This document shows positions 1 through 20,013 of a stretch of 64,000 bases of DNA, piece by piece. Within the stretch, counting starts at the first letter, position 1, and each line of letters opens with the position of its first letter. The notes beneath the pieces are model-generated. The model had not been told where the DNA came from and ran no database searches. It saw only the letters and a list, made by a program, of their open reading frames with translations. The DNA is taken from assembly GCA_043228905.1 (NCBI GenBank), contig JBHGNT010000003.1:9734001-9798000 (forward strand). The letters are read 5' to 3'. This DNA is from Azolla caroliniana. Taxonomy: Eukaryota > Plantae > Polypodiophyta. The translations under genes were made by a program, and so were the position numbers.

Positions 1-1969
1 CAAATGCTTGCATAAAGACGCCGAAAAATCTTGCACACTAGCTTTTTATCCGTTTGTTGCACACTAGCTTTTTTATTGTAATTGACAGGGGCGTTAAAGG
101 AAAAAAGGGTGAAAGACAATGACTTCTGATTGAGGGATGTTGTGGGCTAAGGTTGTTATAGATAGAAGCCACGTGTCAATGACAAGACATGATTGTAGAA
201 CATTCTTCTATTTGTAAGTGCATGTGATAAATGATATATAATTGAATCATTCCATGTTTAAATATAGTTATTTTATTGATGTGCTTAGAATCAATCGCAT
301 GCCGATCAAATGGCTCGAATAATAGTATCATGCATGTGTCCCTCTTTGTTATAATATAATAAACTCAATGCACGATATCACTTTTTCACAATAGCTCAAT
401 CAAAACTGGTTTAAAAGTGACCCCCTAAAAGGAGGAAGGAAATGCTTCGACATATTTTAAAGATTGTCGTGAACAAACTTTCACACATTGAACATTGAGT
501 TCATAGTATATTTGTACATCTAAAGTTTCCCCTAAATATATCCATGATAATGGTTTTATGGTCAAAGTCTTGTTCATTCGATTATTTAATTTATATGTTT
601 TCCTAGCAATGATTTGTTACGCCTCCTACATGATATTCTCACTTATCCTTTCTCCAAATTTCAATTTATGCTTAACATGGTGTACATGATAAAAGGACAT
701 GAGCGTTGCATCCATAATCACACATGCCAAGGTATTTAATGTTATCTTTTGAATAGGATGACTAGTCACTCAATCAATATACACGTTTCCTTGGTCAATT
801 GAGACAATTGTTTAATCTCATTTGGTTGGGTAATGATAATATCCATAATCATTTAGACATTGCAACTCTATACATCAGTTTTCGAGGTTGAAGCAATCAT
901 GTGTACAAACGTTTCGACAACATATATTTCGTAAACTTTCAGATAGAACATGTAGTCTATCAAAAAAAATGAAGATAAAAATTTCTTATTATCGCAAAAT
1001 GAAAGAGAATGAATCATAAAAACCTCAAAGTAATCTTTGCGCATAATCATTACAAGGATGTTGGCAATATCGCAAACTTTATTGGCAATTAAACTTGTTG
1101 TGGAGCAAATTGGCAATTGTAACTGCCATATGTAATGCGGAATTCGTGGTCATCGATATTTTGAAATGAATAATCATGTGTGGTAAGTAAGTTTGATGAC
1201 CAGTCTATAAATGGAATTAAAGAAGAACTTCACAAGAAAAATCAAGAAATGTTATACATATTTCAACGAACAATGCAATGAGGAGCATATAAATGAGTTT
1301 GAAGAGATTGCACTAGTAGAACGATCCAATGACTAGTAATATGATGCTCTATAGAACACTCACATTCCAAGGTTTGTTGCTTAAACATGGCACGACCAAC
1401 ACCTACATTGCATTTTATAGTTGCAAATTTGCCCAAGGCTCTCTTAATCTAGTTTAACATTGATGTTAATATTAAACCTAACATTGAAACCACATGAAAC
1501 TAGATAAAAGTTCAACCCAAAGGCAATCCCATGTAGAAGAAAACCTTTGCGATGATGTTTGTTTCACACCCAATCATCCCCTAATAGCATATTGTCACAC
1601 ATCTCTCTTATGTGTTTTTACCTTCCTTTTTCAACACACTCTGAAGGTGTTTCTATGTAGGCAATCTTGTAAATCGTAATAAGAGATTGACGAGGACGAC
1701 ATTGCATATTGAAGAGTTCAAGAGTTCTTTCTAGTGGTAGATGCGTGCTCAAACTTGGAACTTGAAATCATTACATATCGAAAGGAGAGATTGCATACGA
1801 GAGCAAGAAACAGAAAGGAGAGGAGGGGGGAAGAGATAAAGAGGTAGTGATACTAATGAGAGGGGGAGAGTACATACATACATACATACATACATAGGAG
1901 TTGAAGGGTGATCAAGTGAATGGAAGAAAAGTGAAAGGGGGAGGAGAGAGAGTGTGTTTGGTAGCCTAG

Positions 1970-2041
1970 ATGGATGTAGCTCAGTTGGTAAGGTTGCCCA
2001 ATGGAGACCAGGTGGTCATGGGTTCAACCCCTACATTCCAC
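1970..2041 (+). pseudogene. tRNA-derived (SINE-head-like) degenerate sequence
   Basis: A-box TAGCTCAGTTGG at about 1977 and B-box GGTTCAACCC at about 2021, at tRNA spacing. Acceptor and anticodon stems pair poorly. Confidence 0.5.
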
Positions 2042-2244
2042 TGTGGCATCTAGTGAATTAAGAGATATATAAGAAGTATATAATAGAGAGGTGAGAAAGT
2101 TGGGTTTCGAACCCACAACGTAATGCTTGTAGTGCTAATAACGCAATGCTTGTAGTGCTTGTAGGGTAAGGTAATGGTGTTTTTTCTTCTCTTTGAATTC
2201 GAGAAACATTACACACACACACCCTCCCTTGGAAACAAAACCAA

Positions 2245-3001
2245 ACATAATACATACATAACACAGATTAGATAGATACTAAGATAGTTACATACATACA
2301 ATACATAACATACATAACATACATACATATGTACATAGATAATATACATGCATACCTACATACAATACATAACATACATACATATGTACATAGATAGTAT
2401 ACATGCATACATACTTACATTACATACATACATACATAGATAACATACATAACATACATACATATGTACATAGATAATATACATGCATACATACATACAA
2501 TACATACAATACATAACATACATACATACATATGTACATAGATAGTATACATGCATACATACTTACATTACATACATACATACATACATAGATAGCATAC
2601 ATAACATACATACATATGTACATAGATAGTATACATACATACATTACATACATACATATGTACATAGATAGCATACATAACATACATACATATGTACATA
2701 GATAGTATACATACATAACATACATACATATGTACATAGATAGTATACATACATACATTACATACATACATATGTACATAGATAGCATACATAACATACA
2801 TACATATGTACATAGATAGTATACATACATAACATACATACATATGTACATAGATAGTATACATACATACATTACATACATACATATGTACATAGATAGT
2901 ATACATACATACATTACATACATACATATGTACATAGATAGTATACATACATACATTACATACATAAGATAGTATACTATACATACATTACATACATATG
3001 T
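2245..3001. repeat. (TACA)n-derived compound micro/minisatellite, units of about 36-44 bp (TACATACATATGTACATAGATAGTA...)
   Basis: Directly visible tandem repeat. It explains the MYVC-repeat spurious ORFs. Confidence 0.95.
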
Positions 3002-3098
3002 AGCATATTTATCTGTCATCTAAAAACAAACAAAATACAGCCCCCAAATTGGTGTGTAAGTATGTAAAATAAAAACTTGGAAATGAATGACTGAAATT

Positions 3099-3161
3099 CT
3101 AGAGAGAGAGAGAGAGAGAGGGAGAATCGCAGAGCTGAAGATAGACAGATCGATCGATCGA

Positions 3162-3197
<36 letters not shown>
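3099..3197. promoter_or_regulatory. (GA)n / (GATC)4 / (CT)n tract upstream of the CDPK gene; possible GAGA/BPC-binding element
   Basis: GA run at 3101-3120, GATC repeats at about 3148-3163, CT run at about 3166-3194. Function is inferred. Confidence 0.35.
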
Positions 3198-3199
<2 letters not shown>

Positions 3200-3815
3200 C
3201 AGCTGTTTGGGATGCCAATGTGGGTTTTTTCTTTTCTTCTTCTGTTTCCTCCTCCTCCTCCTCTTCCTCTCTCTCTAGCTCAAATTCCAATCATTCTCTC
3301 TGTCTCTGTCTCTGTCTCTGTCTCTTCCAGATCCAACACTTTCGTGTGTTTTCTAGGGTAACCCATTACCAGGATCGCATTCTGCTCGCCTTTCCACACC
3401 CCCCCCATCTCTCTCCGTTTCATCTTGTGGGCGATTCCTGAAAACCCTAAAGACAAAGGAAGGAAAGACACAGATGCTGAAAGAAGAATTTCTTCTTCTT
3501 CTTCAACAACAACAACAAGTGCTCAGAAAAGGACATGCAAATGTATCTCCCCTCGAAGCATTGTTCAGATCTTTAGAAGATATAGATATTTGTGGGGGCA
3601 AAGATTAACGGGCCTTTTTGTATGTTTGATCTATTGCATAAATGCTTGACACACATTGAAAAAAAAAGCTTAGAAAAGCACCCATATCATCTATTGAAGC
3701 AATGTTCAGGTCTTTAGAAGCGATTTAGTGGATACCAAAGTATATTTGATCTATTTCTTCATTAGTTCTTTAAGAGAGAGTGCGGTTTCTAAGCGTGAAT
3801 GCAAAAAAGAACAAT

Positions 3816-10403
<6,588 letters not shown>

Positions 10404-13377
10404 GTGGATTATGATGGTGATGGTGATGATTTCATGTTATGGGATGATCATTTGTCCAAGTTTTGTCTTCTGGGAGGGAGGGGTCACATTTGTTGCCTCA
10501 TTCACCTTGCAACAGTGGTAAAATGAAAACACAATGTGGAACACAGCATTAAGATCGCTGTCTACTATAAAATGGCCAGATCAATCGGTATGTGTTCTTT
10601 GTTAAGCCTGTGGGTGGATGGTGAAACACAGTTGTAATATGATTGATTTGACTGCTAAAGTTAGTTGGGGCCACTGGTATAAAAGGTCAGCAATCATTCC
10701 TTCTGGTGCTTTGGCACAAGATAGTTCGTAGTTTGCTTAAAAAAACTTAAGCAATCAAATGAAAGAGAGGCTTTCACATTTGCAGGGTCCTCACCCATCT
10801 TTTCTGATTCTTACAAATATCTAACTCAAAAGGATGAAATGTTTTTTTGGATACATGCTTTTCTGATAGTTTTTTTTGTACAGTGCTTTTCTGATGGTAA
10901 AACATTGGGTGATTGGGGAAATTATGGTCTAGATTCAACATAGTATTATTTGTGAATTGATTAGCTTCAAATTGCTTTGCTATCAATATAATGATGGCTT
11001 TAATGAAGACATAACTTTAGGTTTGTACATGAATTGGATAGTGCTTTGCTTGAAACTACACATACATAGGTGGTCCATGTCAATCGTGAGTAGTGTCTCC
11101 AATGTGGGGAATGTTCCAAGGAACTGGAAGATTTGGTCGATAGTATGGATGACTGGCTGAGAAGTGATCGGTTTGTTTTTGTAAGTTGGTGTGGCCTTCT
11201 ACTTTTTCCCACTACATGGTTGGTTTACTGGTACAACCTTTGTCACCTCATGGTATATTTGCTCATGGGTTGTGTACTTGTTGATATATTGTGAAATTGT
11301 ATGGACAAGATATATACAATGAACAAGTAACCTTAAACTTGAGCCCTCCATTGTGATGTCTTAACGTTGGGCCATGTGCCAGACTTGTATGGATCATGTA
11401 TATGCATTGATAAAGTTGCCCTTACCTTCTTCATGCATGGAGTAGTGATATGGATTAATTGTAAATTAGAATATAATTTAAAAATTTATTCAAATTTGTT
11501 GCTTTGTTTAGAAATGTTTTGATGTACGCCATCATATGCTCAACTAGTTGCATTGTAATAGTTAATAAGAAATTTCTTTGGAAAGAAAGAAAAGTTAATA
11601 AGAATTAGAAGGATTTTCCAAATATCATTGATTGAGACTCACAAGAACATTAATACTCTATAGCAAGCAGAGAATGAATGCCCTAGTCCACTAGGTGATG
11701 AGACAAGGACAACATATGCAATGAGCATGACAAAACGTTTCTATATTTTGGGCTCCCTTTTGAAAATGTAAAGGTGGTTGGATGAGAATGCCAACATAAC
11801 TTTCGTTCTTTTATCGTAACATCTCAATGTGTGGTAGGAAAACATTCTCATGCATAGTTAGTCCATTGGCACATGGAAGAGAGGTGTGCGATGTCAGAAC
11901 CAATGGTACATATTGATTGCAATGGGATGGGCAAGTGGGAAGGAATGATTGTGATTTACATGGTCGGCAAAGGTGGGGTTCCTACTTCAGTGTAATATAA
12001 TGGCTTGAACGTGAGCCTTGTTTGACACTAATTTAAGCTTCAAATTGGCTAATTTAAAACCGTTATGTATGTGAGCATTCTAATCCAATTTTCGTGATGT
12101 TTATGTGAAGAGAGAATCTTACAACCCATCTCAGGTAAGTTTGGCTAAATTCTACAAAATGTTTAACCAGTTAGTCACACGTAGTATGTCATATATGCTT
12201 GGTTTTTATATAACTAGAGGGTATCTTAACATTTGAACTACAAATATGTTATGGGATTAGCTACATATCAGTGAGTTAACCCTTGGATCATTGTATGAGC
12301 CATGACTAGGAGCAACTTTTGTGAGATTGTTGCTTGATTTAATGCTTAAACAAATTATTTATTTAGTAGAATACTAATTGATTGCAACTTATCAATATCG
12401 ATATTTGCACCAAAACAAGCTTAGATCTCGAGATATGATTTCCCCAAATCAACTCAATTTGCATTACTAAACATTATTTTTTAACTAAATGACCATGTTG
12501 ATATGAATTACTTCATATTTTTATACATTCGAATGGTGGAAAATATTATAAAAGTATCCATGAGAACGTAAAAGTAGTTTTGAGCTATTTGATTTCTCTA
12601 CAAATTAAAGCTTGGTGATGATATTGACCTTCGAAACTTTAAATTGTCCTCTATTATATCATCAAGTTGTGGTATTATTTGTGTTTGTTATCCATTCGAT
12701 CAAGTCAACTAATGGAATTGGGGCCTTGTGTAATTAGGAAGTTCTTGAAAATCTATAACACATTTCAAATAGTTAAGTCCCTAGATCTTCCATTCTTTAA
12801 ATAACGAGTGGACATCTCGTAGTCTGTTCACCTTATCAAGACTTTGGGCAATAGTCACTTGCCAAAAGCATCTATAGGCTTATGGTTTATAACCTTGAGG
12901 TCTCTCTCTTTGATGGATAACAATAATATAATTTGGGTTTCTCTTTCTTTTCTTTGTTATGTGGCTGATGGCTCCGGCCCTCCAACATATGAGATAAAGA
13001 TCTTATGGATGATAAGACAATAATGTGAATGGTTATGTTGGTACCTTCAAATTTTTTGTATATGGAGATGGACACCACAAGTTGGAGTATGAGTTGTCAC
13101 TGATGGCAACAATGCTAGTAGCATTGCTATCACATGGCGATCAACGAGAGAGTCATGAAGCATTGCAAGATGATTCATCTTATTACTAAATTAAGAATAT
13201 GATTTCCTCCTTAGCTTTTATATCATTAATGTTATCTTTGCTCACATTAATAGCATATGGTTTTGCTACTAAGAAATTGAGCCTAGTGTGAGAGATGCCG
13301 CTTGATTACTACTATCAATATTCTAATATTTCCAACAATGTTGACACCATTCAGCCACCATTGCCAAGGAGTATGTC

Positions 13378-13642
13378 TGTTAAAAAAACTGAGCTCGGCC
13401 ACAACCGAGGAATAGGATCAACTCACAGAAAACAGGAAATACAAAATGCACGAAGACAATGGAGAGCAGAGTACACAGAATGTTTTACGTGGAAAACCCT
13501 AAATGGGAAAAACCACGGGAGTCCTCCAACTCCAACTATCACTATAAGCAGAGATGTACAATGGTGAAGCTACAAGGCAACAACCTTGAGCTCACTGTCT
13601 TCGCCACAAGCGGCGGTAATACACAGAGGCAACGACCTCTTC

Positions 13643-13677
<35 letters not shown>

Positions 13678-14027
13678 CTGCTCACTTAGCTCCCTCTAAG
13701 TGGAAAACCAGAAAAATGAGTAACAACATTTAAACTGTTTGCCCTAAGTCATATTTATACACATATGACTTTCGGGCTATTTACAAATATAGCCTCAAGG
13801 GCCCTTGGCAAACATATTCACTAAAATGTCCCCGCATCCGGATCTTTCTCCGGGTACATTCATCATCCGGCTCCGTAGCCGGGGTCTTCATCATCCGGCT
13901 CCGTAGCCGGGGTACTCATCATCCGGCTCCGTGCCGGGTACTCTTCATCCTCCGGTTCCGTAACCGCAACCGGGCTTGCCGTCATTCATCTCCGGACATC
14001 CCATCCGGAGGGACCGAAACCCCAACA
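13378..14027 (-). repeat. 3' LTR of the copia element
   Basis: Near-identical to 18143-18770; TGTT...AACA termini. Confidence 0.96.
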
Positions 14028-14037
14028 AACTCCCCCT

Positions 14038-17000
14038 TCACTTCGGCATGGGATGTCTCTCCAATCCGATCCTCTTCCGGCATGCTTCCAGCTTGTCGGG
14101 TGTGAGCACCTTGGTCAGCATATCCGACCCGTTCTCGTCCGTGTGGATCTTCGTCAGCACGAACTCCTTGTCTTCTATCCTTTCCCGGATCCAGTGGTAT
14201 CTACGCTGGATGTGTTTCGTCCGGGAATGGTAGGCCGCGTTCTTCGCAAGGTGAATGACACTCTGACTATCGCAGTAGAGCCGGTACTCCTCCTGCCGGA
14301 TACCGAGCTCTCTAATGAAGTCCTTCATCCATATTATTTCCTTGCCGGCTTCAACAGCCGCCATGTACTCCGCCTCCGTGGTTGACAACGCAACCGTCTT
14401 CTGCAACCTCGACTGCCACGAAACGGCTCCCCCTGCATATGTCATTACATACCCAGATGTAGACCGGCTGGTATCCGCATCAGCCGACATGTCCGAATCG
14501 GTAAATCCATCGAGTTCGGGCTTACCGGAGCCGAATCGGAGGCACATGTTCGAAGTGCCCCTTAAGTATCGGAGTATCCATTTGACCGCGTTCCAGTGCT
14601 CCTTGCCGGGATTACTCATATACCGGCTCACCACTCCGACTGCGTATCCAATGTCCGGTCTTGTACACACCATTGCGTACATCAAGCTTCCGACGGCAGA
14701 GGCATATGGTACTTTCATCATGTCCTCCTTCTCAGCCTTTGTCTTGGGACTTTGCTTGCTGGACAACTTGCAGTTTGCCGGGAGGGTTGACCCGACCGGT
14801 CTTGCTTCCGACATGTTGAACCGGTGAAGCACCTTTGTCACGTACTTCTCCTGTGACAGCCACAACTGCTTCTTCTTCCGGTCACGGATGATGTGCATCC
14901 CTAGTATTTGCCTCGCCGGACCCAGGTCCTTCATTGAGAAGGTTCGGTGAAGCGCTTTCTTCAGCATCCGTATCTTGACCTAGTCCCGTTCGACGATCAA
15001 CATGTCGTCCACGTACAGGAGGAGTATTAGAAAGTCTCCTCCTTCGAACTTCTTCACAAACACGCAGTGATCGGACTGCGTTTTGTGGTACCCTTCGTCC
15101 GTCATGAAAGAGTCGAACTTCCGGTACCATTGCCGGGGAGCCTGCTTCAGTCCGTAAAGGCTCTTCTTCAACCGGCATACCAGGTGCTCCTTCTCTTTCT
15201 TCTCGAATCCTTTCGGTTGCTGCATGTAGATCTCTTCTTCGAGGTCACCGTGAAGGAATGCCGTCTTCACGTCCATCTGTTCTACCTCGAGGTCCATGCT
15301 TGCCGCTATGCTCAGCACTGTCCGGATGGAGGTCATCTTCACTACCGGGGCAAATATCTCGTCGAAGTCGACGCCCTTCTTCTGCTGGAACCCCTTCACC
15401 ACGATCCTGGCTTTGTATCTCGGGGGGTTTTCGGCATCTCCCGGTTTCAGCTTGAACACCCACTTGTTTCGAAGTGCCCGCTTTCCTTTCGGCAACTCCA
15501 CAAGTTCATATGTGTGGTTCTCATGCAGGGAATCCATCTCCTCCTGCATGGCACTTAACCACCTGCGGCTATGGGTGTCAAGCTTTGCTTCTTCAAAACT
15601 CTCCGGCTCCCCTTCGTCGGTTAGCAGCACGTGCTCTGGTTCCGGAAATCTCCGGGGGGCCCTTCTCTCTCTTAGAGGATATCTCCGTTCCGGGGCTTCG
15701 GTAACCGGCTCCTCCGTTTCCTCTTCATCCGTATCCATTTCGGGATCGGGGCCGGTTTCGGTATCAGTTTCATCTTCCTCGGTCGGTTCTGTTTCTTCAC
15801 CGTCTTCGGCCGGATCCTCGAGTGCTAACCGGTCCCTTGCCGGTCGGGACTGCTCTTCGTAGAGTTGATCCTCACCAGTCGACTTGGAGCTCTTCATCTT
15901 CTTCTACGACTCCCAGTCGGCGAGTGTCTTGTCCTCCATGAAGATGATATCGCGACTCCGGAATATCTTTTTGTCGACCGGGTCCCATACTCGGTAGCCG
16001 AACTCGTCATCGCCGTAACCGAGGAATATGCATGGCCGGGTCTTTGGATCTAGCTTTCCTCTCCGGTCCTTTGCCACATGCACATATGCGAGACACCCGA
16101 ACACCTTCAAATGCCGGTAGGATACTTCCCTACCGGTCCACACTCTCTGCGGCGTGTCTCCGTCCAAAGGTACTGAGGGTGATCTGTTTATCACGTATGT
16201 CGCCGTCGACATTGCCTCAGCCCAAAACCCCTTGGGTAATTTCGCATGCGCCAGCATACTCCGGACCCTCTCCATTATGGTCCGGTTCATCCTCTCGGCC
16301 AGCCCGTTCAGTTCCGGCGTCTTTGGCACAGTAAACTCGAGCCGGATTCCCATCGAACGGCAATACTCCTCGAATTGCCCTCGGTATTCTCCTCCGTTAT
16401 CCGCTCGTATCGCTTTCAGCTTCTTGCCGGATTCCCTTTCCACTCTTGCGTGGAGTTCTTTGAAGACGCACAACACTTGGTCCTTTGTCTTCAATGGTGC
16501 CGTCCACAGCTTCCGGCTGTGGTCATCAATGAATGTCACGAAGTACTGGGCTCCGCCATGTGACTTCGTTTCTACCTGACACACATCAGTGTGTACCAAC
16601 TCCAATGGTACACTACGTCTCGTCGGTGGCCTTGAGTGGAAGGAGGTTCGGTTCTGCTTACCGGCCAGGCAATCGGTGCACTTCTCCAGGTGCACATGCT
16701 TCACTGGGATAAGGTTGTCTTCTGCAAGCCTCTTCATCCCCTTCTCACTCATGTGGCACAGTCTCTTGTGCCACAACTCACCGGCAGTGTCGGCTGCCAC
16801 GTTCAACTCCTCCGGACACAACCAGGCATTCATAAGGTACAATGTGTTGGCTTTCCGGGCCCGAGCCACTATCAGGCTCCCTTTGCTGAACTTCATGACA
16901 CCGTTCCGGATGCTACCCGTGTAGCCTTCATCGTCTAGCCTCCCGGCCGAAATCAGGTTCAATCGAACCTCCGGAACGTGTTGGACATCCTTCAGCAGCA

Positions 17001-18111
17001 TCTTGCATCCGGTTGATGTCATCAGCCACACGTCTCCTATGCCGGCAATCCGGCATGTACCTTCATTTCCCATCCGGACACAGCCGTGCTCACCGGCTGT
17101 GTAGGATGAGAATTATTTCTTCTCCGGGGTCAGGTGGAACGACGCTCCGGAATCGACCACCCAGGTCATCTCTTCACCGGCAAGGTTCAGCTCCCTCTCT
17201 TCGGTAATGAGCATTATCTCTTCTTCACTTGCCGCGAGTGCCGTTGTTCCTTTCCGGTCCTGCCCTCGCCGATCCGGACCTCTCCGGTCCGTGGCTCCCC
17301 GGTATGCACCGTTTCGCTCTGGTGACTTCTTCGAATCGGTACCGTCGGTTCCGTTGTCTTTCCGGAAATGCCGACAGTTCTTCTGGAAGTGCCCCGGCTT
17401 CCCACAGTAGAAGCATGTAGGTCTTCCCCTCGACTGCGACCGTGTCCCTGACTTCTCCCGTCTTTGCGGACTCCGGTTCCGTTGTCTTCCCCGTTCCGAT
17501 TCGGTAAGCAGCGCCTTCGAGTCGGAGGCCGGTTCTTTATCTCTCCGACGCGCTTCTTCATTTAGAATACTTGTCTTTACCGTTAGTAAAGACAAGTTCT
17601 CTTCCTTACAGGAGGTGCTGAGAGTAACTACCAAGTTCTCCCAGCTCTCCGGAAGGGTACACATCAGCATGATGGCTTGCATTGTGTCATCCAACGGGAA
17701 CTTGATCGCCGCAAGCTGGTTCACGAATCCCATGAACGTGCTGACGTGTTCGACCATGCTCTCACCGTCCCGGTACTTAAGATTCACTATCTTCCTCATC
17801 AGGGAGGTCCGGGTCAGAGCATTCTTCCTCTCATACAGTCCGGACAGCTTCTGCCACATCTCATAGGCGTTTGTATCGTTCGCCACATGTTGCAGGACAC
17901 TTACATCGACATATTGCCGGATCGTCGCTACGGCTTTCCGGTTCAGGAGCTTCCACTCCGACTCTATTACCCCCTTGGGTATCTCGGCATTGTCGATCGG
18001 TTCGTACAGGTCTCGGACGATGAGAAGGTCTTCCATCTTTATCTTCCAGTCGGCGTAGTTCTGTGAGTTCAACACCATCATGCCCGGAGGCCCACTACCG
18101 CCGCCTTCCAT
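14038..18111 (-). pseudogene. Copia gag-pol polyprotein: one reading frame (1358 codons) with three in-frame stops at 17113, 15904 and 14980
   Basis: Zn knuckle CFYCGKPGHFQKNC; protease WVVDSGAS; integrase WHKRLCH..CTDC, DNGGEY, NGLAER; RT YVDDM; RNase H DSD..TEAE..DSQS. The four ORFs in the track are all in the same frame. Confidence 0.95.
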
Positions 18112-18142
18112 TTTCTGTGTTACCGTCGCTCTGATACCAAAT

Positions 18143-18409
18143 TGTTAAAAAAAAACTGAGCTCGGCCACAATCGTGGAATAGGATCAACTCACAGAAAAC
18201 AGGAAATACAAAATGCACGAAGACAATGGAGAGCAGAGTACACAGAATGTTTTACGTGGAAAACCCTAAATGGGAAAAACCATGGGAGTCCTCCAACTCC
18301 AACTATCACTATAAGCAGAGATGTACAATGGTGAAGCTACAAGGCAACAACCTTGAGCTCACTGTCTTCGCCACAGGCGGCGGTAATACACAGAGGCAAC
18401 GACCTCTTC

Positions 18410-18448
<39 letters not shown>

Positions 18449-18770
18449 CTGCTCACTTAGCTCCCTCTAAGTGGAAAACCAGAAAAATGAGTAACAACAT
18501 TTAAACTGTTTGCCCTAAGTCATATTTATACACATATGACTTTCGGGCTATTTACAAATATAGCCTCAAGGGCCCTTGGCAAACATATTCACTAAAATGT
18601 CCCCGCATCCGGATCTTTCTCCGGGTACATTCATCATCCGGCTCCGTAGCCGGGGTACTCTTCATCCGGCTTCATGCCGGGTACTCTTCATCCTCCGGTT
18701 CCGTAACCGCAACCAGGCTTGCTGTCATTCATCTCCGGACATCCCATCCGGAGGGACCGAAACCCCAACA
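18143..18770 (-). repeat. 5' LTR of the copia element
   Basis: Followed by the PBS on the minus strand and matches 13378-14027. Confidence 0.96.
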
Positions 18771-19369
18771 ATGTCTTGGTTGCTACCAATAAAGTCATCA
18801 TCATTGCCATTGAGATGCTACCTCTAGTATGACATTGTTGCCAATGGAAACACCATGACCAATGGCGCAATCAACAAAGGAGAGGGCAAAGAAGAGGCAT
18901 TATGATTTAGTAGATGAAGAATGAGGTAAGGAAAGACACTCATAAAAGAGCGTACAACAAAGACATTGCCATGTTGTGGCATACGCCTAGGGAGGAGAAG
19001 GTACTAACGTCATATTTTATTCATTGTCGTGTTGTGGCATACATGTAGGATGAAAAGGTATTGAAGTCATGCCTTATGGTAACTCAGTTGTCTTGTTGTG
19101 GTGTATGCTTAAGGGGGGGAAACATAAAGTCAAAACTTTATGGTAGCTCGAGAATCCGGTCAAACTGACCATTCAAAGAAAGATGAAAAGAAAGAATTAA
19201 AAATAATGAAAGATAGCTCAAATGGTAAAAAGCTAACAATTACCATAGGTGTAGAATATTTAGTATACAATTTAGCTACAATATGTATGCTATGTATTCT
19301 AAAAGTATTCTACATTTTTTTAAAATACTTAGAATATATATCCATAGATTAAATACGATCAATATTAAA

Positions 19370-19960
19370 ATGTTAGATGGCAATCACATCTTCCATTCCA
19401 TGCAAAGGTGTTTCTTTGGCATGTGATAGTTGGTGGCTTGCCTTTGGTGATGACCTTAAACCGAAGACATATTTTGAATGGGACATGTTTTTTTTGCACA
19501 GTGGTTGATGAAGATGCCAGACATAGGTACATTACATGTTCGGTTGCTAAAGCGATTTGGGTGGTTATATCACAAATTTGGGCATCGATAACAAGAAATA
19601 TTTTGTCACCTTATAAATGGGTTTTTATGGATGAGGATAAAGCTATGCCCACACCATCATATAAGGTTGTTTTTTACTACCTTAGATATTGGGGGACATG
19701 GTTTAATTGGACCATGAGAAATGGGTTCTTGTTTTATGGACTTCATGGGGTAACACAACAACTCCGTAGGATGAAAGGGAAATTGATTTGACAATTTTCA
19801 CAACTATATTGTATGGGGATGTTGTCCCAAGAGGAGATAGAGGTATGCCATCTAGTTTTGCAACACTTGAGAGGGTTTCCCTTGCACTATTACTATTTAA
19901 GAAGTAGTGAAGACAACAAGGGTTGTATTATCTTCTTGTTTTAATAACAAACATTGATTT

Positions 19961-19964
<4 letters not shown>
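19370..19964 (+). mobile_element. 5'-truncated LINE 3' fragment (zf-RVT domain) followed by (GA)n
   Basis: KVFLW..LPL..CFFC..EDARH.YITC zf-RVT motif, similar to 24150-24370. (AG)n at 19965-20012. Confidence 0.75.

Positions 19965-20013
<49 letters not shown>

Larger units (their letters stand above)
13378..18770 (-). mobile_element. Full-length Ty1/copia LTR retrotransposon (Tnt1/Tork-like)
   Basis: TG..CA LTRs at 13378-14027 and 18143-18770; 5-bp TSD ATGTC (13373-13377 and 18771-18775); tRNA-iMet PBS TGGTATCAGAGC (18128-18139); PPT AGGGGGAG next to the 3' LTR; domain order gag-PR-INT-RT-RH. Confidence 0.98.

Noticed and set aside
1-1800. Possible TE remnant or gene fragment
   Set aside because: No recognisable domain in any frame I examined.
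2356-3019. MYVC-repeat ORFs (also 30716-31086)
   Set aside because: They are translations of the TACA microsatellite.
14980-17115. Copia stops as programmed readthrough or U-to-C editing sites
   Set aside because: One stop lies inside the protease and one inside the RT, not at the gag/pol boundary. U-to-C editing is organellar. Simple nonsense mutation is sufficient.
14053-18066. Many long plus-strand ORFs
   Set aside because: Antisense shadows of the GC-rich copia polyprotein.
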